Origin: Chiloscyllium plagiosum
Lineage: Eukaryota
Assembly: GCF_004010195.1 (NCBI RefSeq)
Contig: NC_057749.1
Span: forward strand, 17,638,146-17,702,145
DNA: 64,000 nucleotides
Reading direction: 5' to 3'
Shown here: positions 23,631-36,594 of the stretch, one piece after another
How the letters are laid out: each line of letters opens with the position of its first letter
Position numbering within the stretch: the first letter of the stretch is position 1
The notes under the pieces: generated by a model
What the model saw: the letters and a program-made list of their open reading frames with translations, nothing else
Told to the model about the DNA's origin: nothing
Databases searched by the model: none
Position numbers and translations under genes: made by a program

Positions 23631-25092
23631 GATTTCACGATATGTGATCTAGGATTCTATCTATTGCCTGGAGATGGTGTTGGAAGGAAGGAGTCATTAA
23701 TGGAACAATTACGATTAACGTAGAACCTCCGGGTCTGTAATTTCTTTGGCTTCTTCCTTCGGGATGTCCGGGAGTTCACGATCTACAACGGCTGGAGTGA
23801 CATTTGGAGCTCTGTGTGTAATGGAATGATGGGCCCCATTCCCCTGATACAGCAATCTTTTTAAGTCTGAATATTGGGAAAGACAGATTGAGATTCCTGC
23901 TTCTTGGCAGAATATTGAGCAGCAGCTTTTCAGGTGGCACCATGACTGACTGCTCCCCTCTGATGGAATAAAAGACTAAAACCCATTGCATAAATAATTC
24001 AGATTATTTTCGGAACAAGATATATTTTGAATGCATAACAATTTTATTAAGTTAAAAACTAATCACACGAGGATCCCTTGCATCAAATGAATGAATTGAA
24101 GGTTTGTTTTGAAAGACCAATATAACTGAGGCTAGAACGTGCACAGCAATGATGATTAGCTATCAGGAAAGGATGGAAACTATCCCTGCCAGCAGTGTGG
24201 TGGTAAATTATTGATGTTCTGTACAAAATGCTGTGGTGTGTGTGTGTGTGTGAAAGAGAAACTGCAGGCCAGCTTAGATACAGAAGAATTTGTTAATCTG
24301 CATAGTCTCACCTGCTAAAGCATGCTTTGAGTTCTGAGTTCAATTATTTCCAGGATTGCTCTGGAGAGTGAACTTGATTCCATCCTAAGCACCTTCAGGA
24401 TGGGCGGGAGGTATTGGGGTGATGGAAAGTGAACGACGTTGATATTAACCATTGCTGGCAGCTGAGCAGCAAGAGACCTGATCAGTTCACCACTCAGCCA
24501 GTGAGACTGCAAACCACAGGCACTGAGCTCACGGTGGGGTTTACCTGTTCCACACTAGAGTAGACATAAGCCTGGTGCTGGAGCAATGTTACAAACAGTG
24601 ACAGAAAGCGACTCTGGTGAAAGAACTGGCTGGTGAATGGAAAGAGTAAGGCTGCCATTGTTATGGAATGGGAAGAATTGGGGGTAGGGGGAGAGGAGGG
24701 TGCTGGCTGGGTGTAAAAGGGTGAAAACAAATCCACTGAAAGCAGCATTGGCAGTTTGGCTCAGAGTGTAACTGTGCTGTGTCTATGCCAACTGATTTCC
24801 TGAGGAAGTGATAGATTTGATCTGTTATCACAGTTTTACAGCAATGCTTTTGGCAGTAGTTAGCACTAAATTAGCATTGCCATGTTGAATATAATGTCAG
24901 GTAGGAAGGTGCCTCCAGTGAAATAGATTGCAGAGCAGTAACATGTGACAGATATTGGGCATTGCAACACTCCTGGACAAAGGCATCTATAATGGGTCGA
25001 TGATGGATGACAGCCAGTCAGAGCCTGATGGTTCAGTTCAAATTCTTGTTACATTAATTTTACATCAGCATAGATGTAGTTTGGCTTGTTCA

Positions 25093-25592
25093 NNNNNNNN
25101 NNNNNNNNNNNNNNNNNNNNNNNNNNNNNNNNNNNNNNNNNNNNNNNNNNNNNNNNNNNNNNNNNNNNNNNNNNNNNNNNNNNNNNNNNNNNNNNNNNNN
25201 NNNNNNNNNNNNNNNNNNNNNNNNNNNNNNNNNNNNNNNNNNNNNNNNNNNNNNNNNNNNNNNNNNNNNNNNNNNNNNNNNNNNNNNNNNNNNNNNNNNN
25301 NNNNNNNNNNNNNNNNNNNNNNNNNNNNNNNNNNNNNNNNNNNNNNNNNNNNNNNNNNNNNNNNNNNNNNNNNNNNNNNNNNNNNNNNNNNNNNNNNNNN
25401 NNNNNNNNNNNNNNNNNNNNNNNNNNNNNNNNNNNNNNNNNNNNNNNNNNNNNNNNNNNNNNNNNNNNNNNNNNNNNNNNNNNNNNNNNNNNNNNNNNNN
25501 NNNNNNNNNNNNNNNNNNNNNNNNNNNNNNNNNNNNNNNNNNNNNNNNNNNNNNNNNNNNNNNNNNNNNNNNNNNNNNNNNNNNNNNNNNNN
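25093..25592. other. Assembly gap (N)
   Basis: Run of N. Confidence 1.
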
Positions 25593-25618
25593 AACCAACC
25601 CCAACAAAAAAATTGGGA

Positions 25619-25968
25619 TGGCACGGTGGCTCAGTGGTTAGCACTGCTGCCTCACAGCACCAGGGACCTGGGTTCAATCCCACCCTTGGACTGTCTGTGT
25701 GGAGTTTGTACGTTCTCCCTGTGTCTGTGTGGGTTTCCTCCAGGTGCTCTGGTTTCCTCCTACAGTCCAAAGATGTACAGGTTAGGGTGGATTGGTCATG
25801 CTAAATTGCCCATGGTGTGCAGGGATGTGCAACAAGGTGGATTAGCCATTGGAAATGCAGGATTACGGGGATAGAGCAGGGGGGATGCGTCTGGGTGGGA
25901 TGCTGTTCGGAGGGTTGGCATGGACTCGATGGGCCAAATGCCCTGTTTCCACACTGCGGGGTTCTATA
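25619..25968 (+). mobile_element. HE1-type SINE, full length
   Basis: ggcacggtggctcagtggttagcactgctgcctcacagcaccagggacctgggttcaatcc... Confidence 0.9.
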
Positions 25969-27684
25969 ATCCTAATCTGTACTGTAGAAGATGTCTAAAG
26001 GAAATCCTTCTAGAGGACAATACCCCAGAGAGCAAGCTGAGGAAATGAATGTGGAAAGTGAACTGGGTTTCCGATTTAACCCCTGAACTGTGTTGAGGCT
26101 GGCTGTGGTTGGGGTAAGAGTTGGATTGATCGGGTGGTCAGAGAGGGCTATTCCAGCCAAGCTCTTCACTTCCAAACACAATTCCATCGCCATCTCCCAA
26201 AATGTCAAACGGTCAATGGTGGGCGAACGTATATCATTACATTATCATTCCAGCAGAGTAATGGACAAATTAGTTCAGAGCAAACCATGGATGTTCAATC
26301 TATTTTGTTTAGGACTGGAGCTGCTAACACTGAGATTTCAACTGCATCGTGAAAGGCTTGTTCCCAGGAAATATATGAATATGGGTCATGTGGACAGATT
26401 TGATCAATGGGAAGTGTGATGGGGTAACTAACACAGGCTGGGCGAGTGCTTGATGATTTAACAAAAAACTGGTATGTAAGGACATGGGAGGTTGGTCAAT
26501 GCCGTGCATGCAGTGTGAGGTTAGTTGGTCAAAAGGAACAAATAATTGGTAAAGAAGTTTTCAGAAATGACCAACTGATTGGTCTATAAACATAAATAAA
26601 CAAAGGGTCAAGGTGTGCTGACGCATGGGACTGCAGGAGAGGTGAAATTCTGTGTGTGCACACATAAACACAAAAACAAACTTTTTATTTACTTCCAGCC
26701 ATGATGTGTTGAGGGGTCTTGTTAATCCTTCACAACTAACCAACACAGTATAGAGGCACACGGGGCTAACATAGCTGAGCAAATGACCCCCAGTGAGAAT
26801 CATTCAGGAACTGTATCCCAGTGAGAATCAGCTCCTTCAGGGGACAGGCCAGGAAAACTACTTGACAAAAATGAAATAGTAAACTTATTGATCTTTATTT
26901 CGCAGAAAGAAATTATTCAATTTTTTACGATGTAATATTAATGATTGGGAAGATAATAGGAAGCTGTTTGAGAGACGAGTCCCCAGTGTCAGAAACAGAA
27001 AGCTAATATTGACCTTTAAAAGTCAAGAAGCAGGAAAGGGTTTTTTTTGGTAAAGCTACAATTCAATTTCACCCCAGGTCTGATCCTGTCAATCCCTCTG
27101 TGCTAATATTGTGTTGTCTTTTTCTTCAGATCATCTTTCCACAGTTGTAAAATTTAATCAAAGAGTTTGTAAAGTATGGTCAAAGGTCAGGTTACTGTTT
27201 CAGAAAACATAGATTTTCCTGTCTATCTGTCATCTAATTGTTTCTCCCTCTGTAGTGGGTAGCTTATTATTTTCCACCTTTGACCAGGTTAATTGGCATC
27301 TCCCTACTGAGGTCAATTTGCTTGAGTTGGATTTGGCTTTGAACTGAAGTCTCTAGGTCAGAAAGGCACATAGCTAAACCTTACATCGTTTTAACAAAGT
27401 GCCAGTTATGTCAAGTTTTTTCAGAGGATCTTTCTCCATGAGGTACAGTGAGATTCTTTGTTACACCTTACTGAGTGCACCTTACAAACTACTCAACTTG
27501 TCCCTATAGCTTCCCTCATGTCCAATTCTATCGCCATTCTTCTACATGCCTGACACAAATTGCTACTCACTGGATATCTGCTGAAAGATCAGCATCCTTT
27601 GCGTCCACGCCATATTTAAAGTATGGATGTGCACCAGGGAAAGCTCTGTCAGTCCAGAGCTAGCCTGCCTGCTTCCTGACATTT

Positions 27685-27860
27685 GCCCAGGCCGTGGCAG
27701 ACAGGGACCTGGAGCCCCTGCTGGTCAGGATGTGGCAAAGACGGGATATCCTCTCCACCCAGGACCAGCCGGGGAAACCCCGATACCAAAACCTGCCTGG
27801 CCTGGTCTGAGGGTATCACCTGGTTCACTGTGGCCTCAGGCATCTGGAGGGTCAGCACAG
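27685..27860 (+). pseudogene. Second degenerate Harbinger Myb/SANT-like ORF
   Basis: ADRDLEPLLVRMWQRRDILSTQDQPGKP followed by a frameshifted PAW. Confidence 0.5.
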
Positions 27861-28125
27861 TAGCAGGATGCTCTCTGGCCATCCCCACTCTGCCAGGGTG
27901 AGTACGCCCACCTTCTTTCTGCTGTCTCACACTCACTCCTATCTCTGCTACTGTACTCACCTCCCACCTGACCACCCTCACCATTGCCTGCAATGTCTTC
28001 CCACACTCACACTCACCCACTCTAACCCCTGCTGTGTGCCCTTTGTGCTGCCCATTAACTCACTCAGACAAGTGCCAGCCACTTCCATCTCCCTTAATCC
28101 CTGCCTCTCTTTCTCATTCCATGAT

Positions 28126-30438
28126 GAAGAGGTTCTTTAAGTACATTAAAGGAAAAAGAATAGGGAGAATAGGGCCCCTGAAGGACCAAAATGGACATGT
28201 ACGTGTAGAGCCACAGGAAATGGGTGAGGTCCTCAATGAATATTTCTCCAGTGTGTTTACCATGGAGACTTGGAAACTTGGGCAAGTTAGTGCTGATATC
28301 TTGGGGACAGTCCGTGTCACAGTAGAGGGAGTGTTGGATGTATTAGCATGTATGAAGCTGGATAAATCTCCTGGTCCTGAGCAGATATATCCAAGAACAC
28401 TGCAAGAGGCTAGAGAAAGAATAGCAGGGGTACTGGCTGATATTTTTGCAAAATCATTAGCCTCGGGTGAGGACCCGGAAGACTGGAGGATAGTGAGTGT
28501 TGTGCCCTTATTCAAGAAGGGCTGCAAAGGAAAGTCTGGAACTACTGTGGTGGGTAAGTTACTTGAGATGATTCTGAGAGATACATGCATTTGGAAAGAC
28601 AGGGTTTGAATAGGAGTAGTCAGCATGGCTTTGTGAGTGGCAGATCATGCCTCACAAATTTGTTAGAGTTCTTTGATATAGTGACCAGGAAGGTTGATGA
28701 GGGCAGGGTGGTAGACGTGGTCTGTATGGATTTCAGTAAGGCCTTTGATAAGGCTCCACATGGTAGGCTGCTCTGGAAGGTAAGATCACATGGAATCCAG
28801 GGGGAGCTGGCAAATTGGATACACAGCTAGCTTGATGGTAGGAAGCAGAGGGTAATAGTGGGAGGTGCTTGTCGGACTGGAGGCCTGTGACTAATGGAGT
28901 GCCTCAGGGGTCGGTGCCGGGCCCATTACTGTTTGTTATCTATATCAATGATTTGGATGAGAATGTACAAGGCATGATTAGTAAGTTTGGGGATGACACT
29001 GAAATAGGTGGGACAGTGAGGAAGGTTATCAGAGATTGCATCAAGACCTGGGGAAGTGGGCCGAGAAATGGCAAATGGAGTTTAATATCAATAAGTGTGA
29101 GGTCTTAATTGCAGCAAGACCTGGGGAAGTGGGCCGAGAAATGGCAAATGGAGTTTAATATCAATAAGTGTAAAGTCTTACATTTTGGAAAGTTAAATCA
29201 AGGTGGGAGTTTCATGGTGAATGGTAGGGCCTTAAGGAGTGTAGTGGAACAGATGGTGATAATAGTAGTGTTGTCCCAGTCGAACTCATGTTGCTTGTCA
29301 TCTGTGTGTGTGGCTACTAAGGATAGCTGGTCTAAGGACAACAACTCACCAGGACGAAGGACCTGATACCCAGCATGAGCAAAACTAATGTAGTGTACAA
29401 AATTCCATGCAAGGACTGCACAAAACTCTACATAGGACAAACAGGAAAACAGCTAACGATCCGCATCCATGAACACCAACTAGCCACGAAACGACATGAC
29501 CAGCTATCCTTAGTAGCCACACACGCAGATGACAAGCAACATGAATTCGACTGGGACAACACTACTATTATAGGACAAGCCAAACAGAGAACAGCCAGGG
29601 AATTCCTAGAGGCATGGCACTCATCCACATATCAATAAGTGTGAGGTCTTACATTTTGGAAAGTTAAATCAAGGTGGGAGTTTCATGGTGAATGGTAGGG
29701 CCTTAAGGAGTGTAGTGGAACAGAAGGACCTTGGAGTTCAGATGCATGGTTCTCTGAAAGTGGAGTCCCAGGTAGACAGGGCAGTGAGGAAGGCTTTAGG
29801 CACACTGGCCTCCATCAGTCAGGGCATCGAGTATAGAAGTTGGGAAGTTATGTTGCAGTTACACAGGACATTGGTGAGGCCACGCTTGGAGTATTGTGTT
29901 CAGTTTTGATCACCTTGTTATAGGAAGGATGTTACTAAACTGGAAAGAGTGCAGAAGAAATTTACAAGATGTTGCCAGGACTCAATAGTCTGAATTATAG
30001 GGAGTTGCTGGACAAGCTAGGGCTTTTTTCTTTACAGGGTAGGGGACTGAGGGGGGATCTTATAGAAGTGTATAAGACCATGAGAGCCATGGATAGGGTG
30101 AATGCATTCAGTCTTTTTCCCAGGATTGGGGAATCGAGGACTAGAGGGCATCAGGTTAAGGTTAGAGGGGGAAGAATAAATGGGAACGTGAGGGGTGACT
30201 TTTTTAAACAGAGGGTGGTACGCATATGGAATGAGCTGCCAGTGGAAGTGGTAGAGGTGGGTACATTAACAACATTTAAAAGGCATTTGGACAAATACAT
30301 GGATAGGAAAGGATTATAAGGATATGGGCCAAGTGCAGGGAAATGGGGTTAACATGGATGGACATTTTGGTCAGGATGGGCCAGTTTGGGTCAAAGGGCC
30401 TGTCTGTGTGCTGTAGGACTGTATGACTCTATGACTCT
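28126..30438 (+). mobile_element. CR1 LINE, about 2 kb of ORF2 RT (frameshifted), interrupted by a PLE
   Basis: [84 protein letters not shown]; tail tatgactctatgactct. Confidence 0.95.
29254..29628 (+). mobile_element. Penelope-like GIY-YIG endonuclease fragment with inverted 5' segment
   Basis: NVVYKIPCKDCTKLYIGQTGKQLTIRIHEHQ...H....HEFDWDN...REFLEAWH. 29259-29332 is the reverse complement of 29498-29571. Confidence 0.92.
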
Positions 30439-32429
30439 CTGAAAACAGCCAACAATGGGACAGAAAGAGTCCAGACGGGTGGTGGGCTGCCTGTCATTTG
30501 GTCCCCACCCCTCATGCGGAGAGCTTTTTGATGTGATTGTCCTGAGGGGCTGACTCACTGTGTGCAAGCCCATGGCCTGGGATTAGAGGCCACCCTTGAC
30601 TTAGGGCACAGGAAACCCCTGAGCAAAGGCTATCCACCATGTCATGAGCGAGGCCTCTGGCTGACCAGGAGGAGCTCCCTGTCTTTGTGTTTGTGAAATG
30701 GCCCAGGAATACAGCAGTAATGTCAGCTTGCTCTCTCTGTCTGAGGGGGCATGCTGCACTCAGGCAAGGCCATGGAAGACAAGGAGGCTGGGAGCATCAG
30801 CTGCTTCAGGTATTGCTCAGGACTCTACAAGATCCTACAACACACTGTGGCTTCTTCTCATTGCTTTTCATGTTCAAACCTCTTCGTGACCTCTCCCAGT
30901 AAAAATTATAAATCATATTTTACAAATAAATTTTATTTCAATTTGTTTACGGGACATGGATATCACTGGCTATGTCAGTATTTATTCCTAATTACCCAGA
31001 GTCAGCCACATCACTGTGGGGCTGGAGTCACACATGGGCCAGACCAGGTAAGGATAGTAGATGTCCCTCTGTAAAGGACAATAGTAAAGTCCTCTCTCCC
31101 CTCCCCAACCCCCATCTCTCAGTCTTGCAGTTAGACACACCATCGTTCTGCCATTCTCACATTCTGACCACTTAACCTGAACTATCAACATCCTTTCTCC
31201 CCCAGCACTCCAGCCCCATTCCCCCCAAGTTTTACATTAATGCTAAACCCCTCATCACTTCACATCAGCTCTGATGAAGACTCAGAACGTTAGCTTCCTC
31301 TCTCTCCATGGAGGCTGCCTGACCCGCTGTGATCTCCAGAATTTTATGTTTTTAGTAAACAGAGACTTTTTTTTTAATGACAAATGGTTACATGGTTGGC
31401 ATTAGCCTAGCTTTTGATTCCAGATTTAATTTTCACCATCTGCTAGAGTGGATTGAAATCCATGTCCCCAGACCATTAACTGGGCGTCTGGATTACAACT
31501 TGAAACCACAACCACTGAACCCATTCTGATTGTTGCTGCCTTTGCTCTTGTATATACAGCTGCTAGACTTTGCACTGACAATGCATCATCCAGCCCTTGA
31601 TGGAAGAATGCCTATTTTCACTGACCTTTAGCTGGGAGCTGGAGGAATTATTTATCACTTCTTATTGAAATTAAACTGGGGCTAAGGGTGAAAAATTCTT
31701 TTCTTTGTCAAAACTTCATGTATTAAGTATGTGAGAGTTGAAATCCTGTACAAGGCTGCACCATTTGAACATCCTTGCACCTTGGCTATGAGATGCAGAA
31801 ATTTTGACAGCAGCCACAATTGGATTAGCGACAGATAAAACCTAATTAAAGATTTCTCTCTGGCTTTTAAATAAAATTATGCTCCTGAACCAAGCGGGTG
31901 GACTTTGATATTTAAATGTATTTTCTGCAATCCCTTGTGGTTCTGGTTCACATTCCGAAAGATCAAACACATTGAGTTTTCTGAAAACACATTGCTGACA
32001 ATATTGTACTTATGAAGACAGATTTGTTGGCCACAGAGACACAAGGGGAGTTTGCAGACACATCTGTAATTTTATTTCCCACATTATCCAGTCAGTGTTT
32101 ACCTCTTGCGTACTTTCTGCCGACTGCAACAATCCTGTTGCCTTCCTTACTTTTGCGACGACCCTTTGCTCAAAGGCACTGCCAAATGGTCACAGCGAGG
32201 AACCTCTGTCAAATGTGTCATTCCACTAGCTCAGAACATCGCAGAGGTTCACCCAACTCAACAGCGATCAGGTGGTGCAGGTCTGACCAGACTGGCATTC
32301 TTGTTTGAAAACATTGAGCATTAAGCTGGCTGTATTGGATAACCCCCAATAATAGGCACAGTGGTTACACCATCTGGTCAATCCATGCCCGGTCAGGAAT
32401 CCTGCCAGTGCAGCTACTTGGTGTCGTAT

Positions 32430-32685
32430 CACACAATCAGCCTCCCATCCACTGACTCCATCTCAACTTCCCACTGCCTCGGGAATCAAACACAACACAA
32501 TCAAAGACCTCTCCCACTCTGGTTAAACGCTTTTCCACCCTCTTCTGTCGGGCAGAAGGTAAAGCAGTTTGAATACATGTACAAACAGATTCAAGAGCAG
32601 CTTCTTCCCTGCTGAGATCAGACTTTTGACTGAACTACTCGAATGTTAATGTTGATCTCTCTGTCTCTCTCTCTCTCTGTCTGTC

Positions 32686-32740
<55 letters not shown>

Positions 32741-33180
32741 GTCTGTCTCTCTCTCTCTCTGTCTCTCTCTCTCTGTCTGTCTCTCTCTCTCTCTCTGTCT
32801 ACTGTGGCTATAACACTGTATTCCGCATTTTGAGAAGATTTGTAGCTCCGGTTGAGGTTCTGGATGTAGGTTTGCTCGCTGAGCTGGAAGGTTTATATTC
32901 ACCATACTGGGTAACATTTTCAGTGTGTCTCCAGATGAAGCACTGGTGGTGTAGCCCACTTTCTATTTGTGTGTTTGGATAAATACACATAAATAGAAAG
33001 CGGGTTATACCACTAGTGCTTCATCCAGCTCAGCAAGCAAACCTACATCCAGAACTGTATCCCGTACTCTGTTCTACTACCCTAATGTACTTTGTATGGT
33101 ACAATTTGCCTGTATTACAGGTAACGCAATACTTTTCACTGTGTCTCAGTACACGTGACAATAATAAATCAATAAAACAT
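32430..33180 (+). mobile_element. Rex1/Babar-like LINE 3' end with (TCTG/TC)n tract and nested PLE-type insert (32826-33053)
   Basis: Degenerate LPSTDSI...IKDLSHSG...PLLSGRR...RFKSSFFPAEIRLL. The insert is flanked by actgtat(t/c)ccg. Confidence 0.65.
32656..32800. repeat. (TC)n/(TCTG)n microsatellite
   Basis: Directly visible. Confidence 0.95.
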
Positions 33181-33222
33181 CAAAGAAGCAAACTTAGAAA
33201 ACAATGGAAAAATTGGACAGTC

Positions 33223-34388
33223 ACCATGGATTTACAAAAGGATAATCATGTTTGATAAATCTACTGGAATTCTTTGTGGATATAACTAGTAGGGTAGGTC
33301 AGCAGGAACCCGTGGATGTGGTTCATTTGAACTTTCAGAAAGCTCTCGACAGAGTCCCACATAAGAGATTAATGTGTAAAATTGAAGTACACAGAATTGG
33401 GAGTATTGAGATGGATAGAAAATTGGTTAATGGATAGGAAACAAAGAGGAGGAATAAATGAGTCTTTTTCCGAAATGTGACTAGAGGTGTACCACAGGAA
33501 TCATTACGAGGACCCCAACTGTTCACAATATATGTTAATAATTCAGGTGATGGAACTAACTGTAAAAGTTTCACATTTGCAGCTGACACAGAGCTGTGAA
33601 GAGGGTGCAGCGATGTGCAATTGGCACGGGCTGAGGGAGTGGACAAATGCACAGCAGGTACAGTATAATGTGGATAAATGTGAGACATCCACTTTGTTGG
33701 CAATAACAGGAAGGCAGATCAGTATTTGAATTGAGGGAGGAGAATGTTCACCAACACCTGGGTGTCCTCATACACCAATCGCTGATAGTAAGTGTGCAGG
33801 TGCAGCAGGCAGTGAAAGAGATAAAGTGTATGTTGGTCTTCATAGTGAGAGGGTTCGAGTACAGGAACACGGATGTCTTGCTGCAATTATACAGGGCCTT
33901 GGTGAGACCACACCTGGTGTACTGTGTGTCGATCTGGTCCTCTTATCTGAGGAAGGATATTCTTGTTAGAGAGAGGATTCAGAGAATGCTTCCCAGATTA
34001 ATTCCTGGGATGGCAGGACTGACGTATGAGGAGAGATTGTGTCAGTTAGGATTGTATTCACTGTAGTTTAGTAAAATTCTAACAGGACTAGACAGGTTAG
34101 ATACAGGATGTTTTCGACAGTGAGGGAGGCCAGAACGAGGGGTCACCGTTTAAGGATAAGGGATAAACCTTTAAAGATTGAGATGTAGAGAGTGGTGAGT
34201 CTGAGGAATTCACTCTCGCAGAAAGTGGATGGGGCCAAAACATTATGTGTTTTCAAGAAGGAGCTAGATACAGCTTGTGGCGAAAGAGGATCAAGAACTC
34301 GGGGGTGGATGGTTGGATTCGGATATTGAGCTCAATGACCAGCAGTGATCATGTTGAATGGCCTACCCCTGCTTCTATCTCTATGTTT
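33223..34388 (+). mobile_element. Degenerate CR1 LINE ORF2 3' half
   Basis: NLLEFFVDITSRV...NFQKALDRVPHKRL and LQLYRALVRPHLVYC. Confidence 0.88.
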
Positions 34389-34568
34389 CTGCACAGAAAA
34401 TCTCCAAGGTCTGCATCAGAATCTACCTGCTCTCTATATGTCTGATAGCTTGCCATCTGTTGAAGTCCTTACCCATAAGGACTGGGCCATGATTTAATAC
34501 TGCTTCCACCTGCTTTTGGCAAAAAGGAATAACCAAAGGGGGAATTAAATAAATTGTTGAAAAAGGCA

Positions 34569-34694
34569 TTCTGGAGTAGAGTGGTGCTGGAAAAGCACAG
34601 CAGTTCAGGCAGCATCCAAGGAGCAGGAAAATCTGATGTTTCGGGCAAAAGCCCTTCATCAGGAATACCAGCATCTGCAGTCATTGTTTTTACC
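34569..34694. mobile_element. Short PLE pseudo-LTR insert with 15-bp TSD and minus-strand hammerhead-like core
   Basis: ttgttgaaaaaggca lies at 34554-34568 and 34695-34709. Contains gtttcgggcaaaagcccttcatcagg. Confidence 0.8.
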
Positions 34695-36594
34695 TTGTTG
34701 AAAAAGGCAGGACTGCAAGGTCAGAGCAGGAGGTTCAGACTAATTGGATAGAGAAAGTCCCAGTACCATGGACTGAATGGCATGCAGCTGGACAGTACCA
34801 TTTGGGAGTCTCTGGCCAAATGTGATGCTCATGCCGATCAGCAACCGACTGATCCAAGATCTTTCAACGTTTCGGCCTTGTTTACGGGAAACTGATGAAC
34901 TGCCAATCTGTTTCGAGCACTGATAGACAGCTTGCTTTTATGTGGGGAGTGAGTGATTGGGAGAAAGGAATCGCTGGCAGCCCATATGCAGTGCTGAGCT
35001 GGTACTGAGGCCATGTACAGGGAACACTTGACTGATGGTGAGCTGGAAGCCTGGAGGTGACAATGAGTGTGAATGGCACAGAAACCATCAGGCGGATCGG
35101 AGAGATGGATTGGCAGATTGCCAATAATGACATGATTTTGCCAGCCCTGCTGCCTTTATACCACTCTGCGGACTCACTATTTCCCATCCTTTTCCATGGG
35201 CGGAGCCATTCCAAACAAAGGAAATCACTGGAACCTTGTTATGGCTCTTATGCCCCCACAGTTATCTGTCCCGAAACATCAACATAACATGGCCCACCCG
35301 TAACCCCTGTCACATGACTGTAGCTGCTGGTTTGTTTGAATCACATTTAATCATCGAGCTGTAACTCGTGGTCAGGCTGATGGTAACACCTGAAGAGCCA
35401 GCAGCTCAAGGCTGAGCTAACTGCCTGTCTCTGATCTCAATATCTTCAAAATTCCAATTTCTGAAAATAAACCTATGTGAGATGATGAATCCTTTACACC
35501 AACCCATTAATCCAGTATTCTGTCTAATCACTACAACACCAGCAAATCAATTGTGTTGAACATCCTACGAAAGATATTGATCTGGACAACCAACTGGATG
35601 AAGCACAACTAGACATTGACTTATGGGGCTCTCTAATTCCCGTGAGCTCACTTTGATATCTCTGATTTCAATTAATTTGTAATTTATGCTGTTTGGTATT
35701 TCTCTTCTTCGCTGTCCCTGTTGCCTGTGTGTGAGGATATGTGGTACCAACTGTTCATCCCTCTCTGGGCTGTGAGCGCAGTAACGATCTGTTTTAACCT
35801 TGAAGGACTTATTGTGGGTCATTTTTAACAGGGTTTTGGGGAAACACGCCAAAAAATAAATCTAATTTTTAAAAGAAAAGCGATTAAAACTGCTGCTGTT
35901 ACGGACAAGAGAGGAGGATAGCAGAAATAATTCAGTTTGCCTGCCTTGCTTGTCCATGACACTGTTGACAGTATGAAGCAATTTTCCAGTGTCATGCTGA
36001 TGCATTTCGACATCCAGATGCTACTTAAATCTCTGGTCACGCCTCTTGCCATAACTAATCCAGCCTGAATTTTATTCTTGGATGTGATTTTGGTGTTTAT
36101 GATCGAGCAAAGGCTTTTGAATTTGTCCTCTGCTTCCATCTCAGGGTTTCCAATCTTGATTTTTCCATCACCATTTACAGCCAGAGGATTGAACATTATC
36201 TCATTTACATCCAGTCAAGACAATCCCCGGTGTCTGGGACTGTGCCTTTCACTGGGTCCGCCTTTTGCTTCATTGTATGGGAACGTGACAAGGCCAGGGG
36301 GACTGGCTTGGCCTGGTGTACTGAGAGACCTGTTCTAATAGCGATGCACGAATCTGGCAGCAAGAGATCCTCAGGTGGGAAGGTGGAGCGAAGTTGAAAT
36401 TAAAATGATCTTTTTTGCTGTTTCGCTTTGAAGGGAAAAGAGGGCAGATGCTGGGCAATGAACTGCTTCTATTGATCAGCAATCACTTATCTCAGTGTGG
36501 GAATAGCCAAGTGAAGATAATCTTCCCAAGGACATTATTCACTCATGTACCTTCCCAAAGGAGAGCTGGGAGATATCAGGATGACACCTTCCTA

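Noticed and set aside
24545..24629. Minus-strand exon candidate QFFHQSRFLSLFVTLLQHQAYVYSSVEQ with good splice signals
   Set aside because: Its start phase does not fit the upstream candidate exon and the peptide is unrecognised; unsupported without RNA data.
25619..25690. tRNA genes at ggcacggtggctcagtggttagcac...ggttcaatcc
   Set aside because: These are SINE heads continuing into the V-domain and a LINE-like tail, repeated about 11 times with decay.
29375..29638. Stand-alone or domesticated GIY-YIG nuclease gene
   Set aside because: It is a short fragment ending at the CR1 junction, nested in a dead LINE, with no gene structure.
32900..32935. Additional hammerhead in the 32826-33053 insert
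   Set aside because: Both core boxes are disrupted (ctgaaaa, no GAAA).
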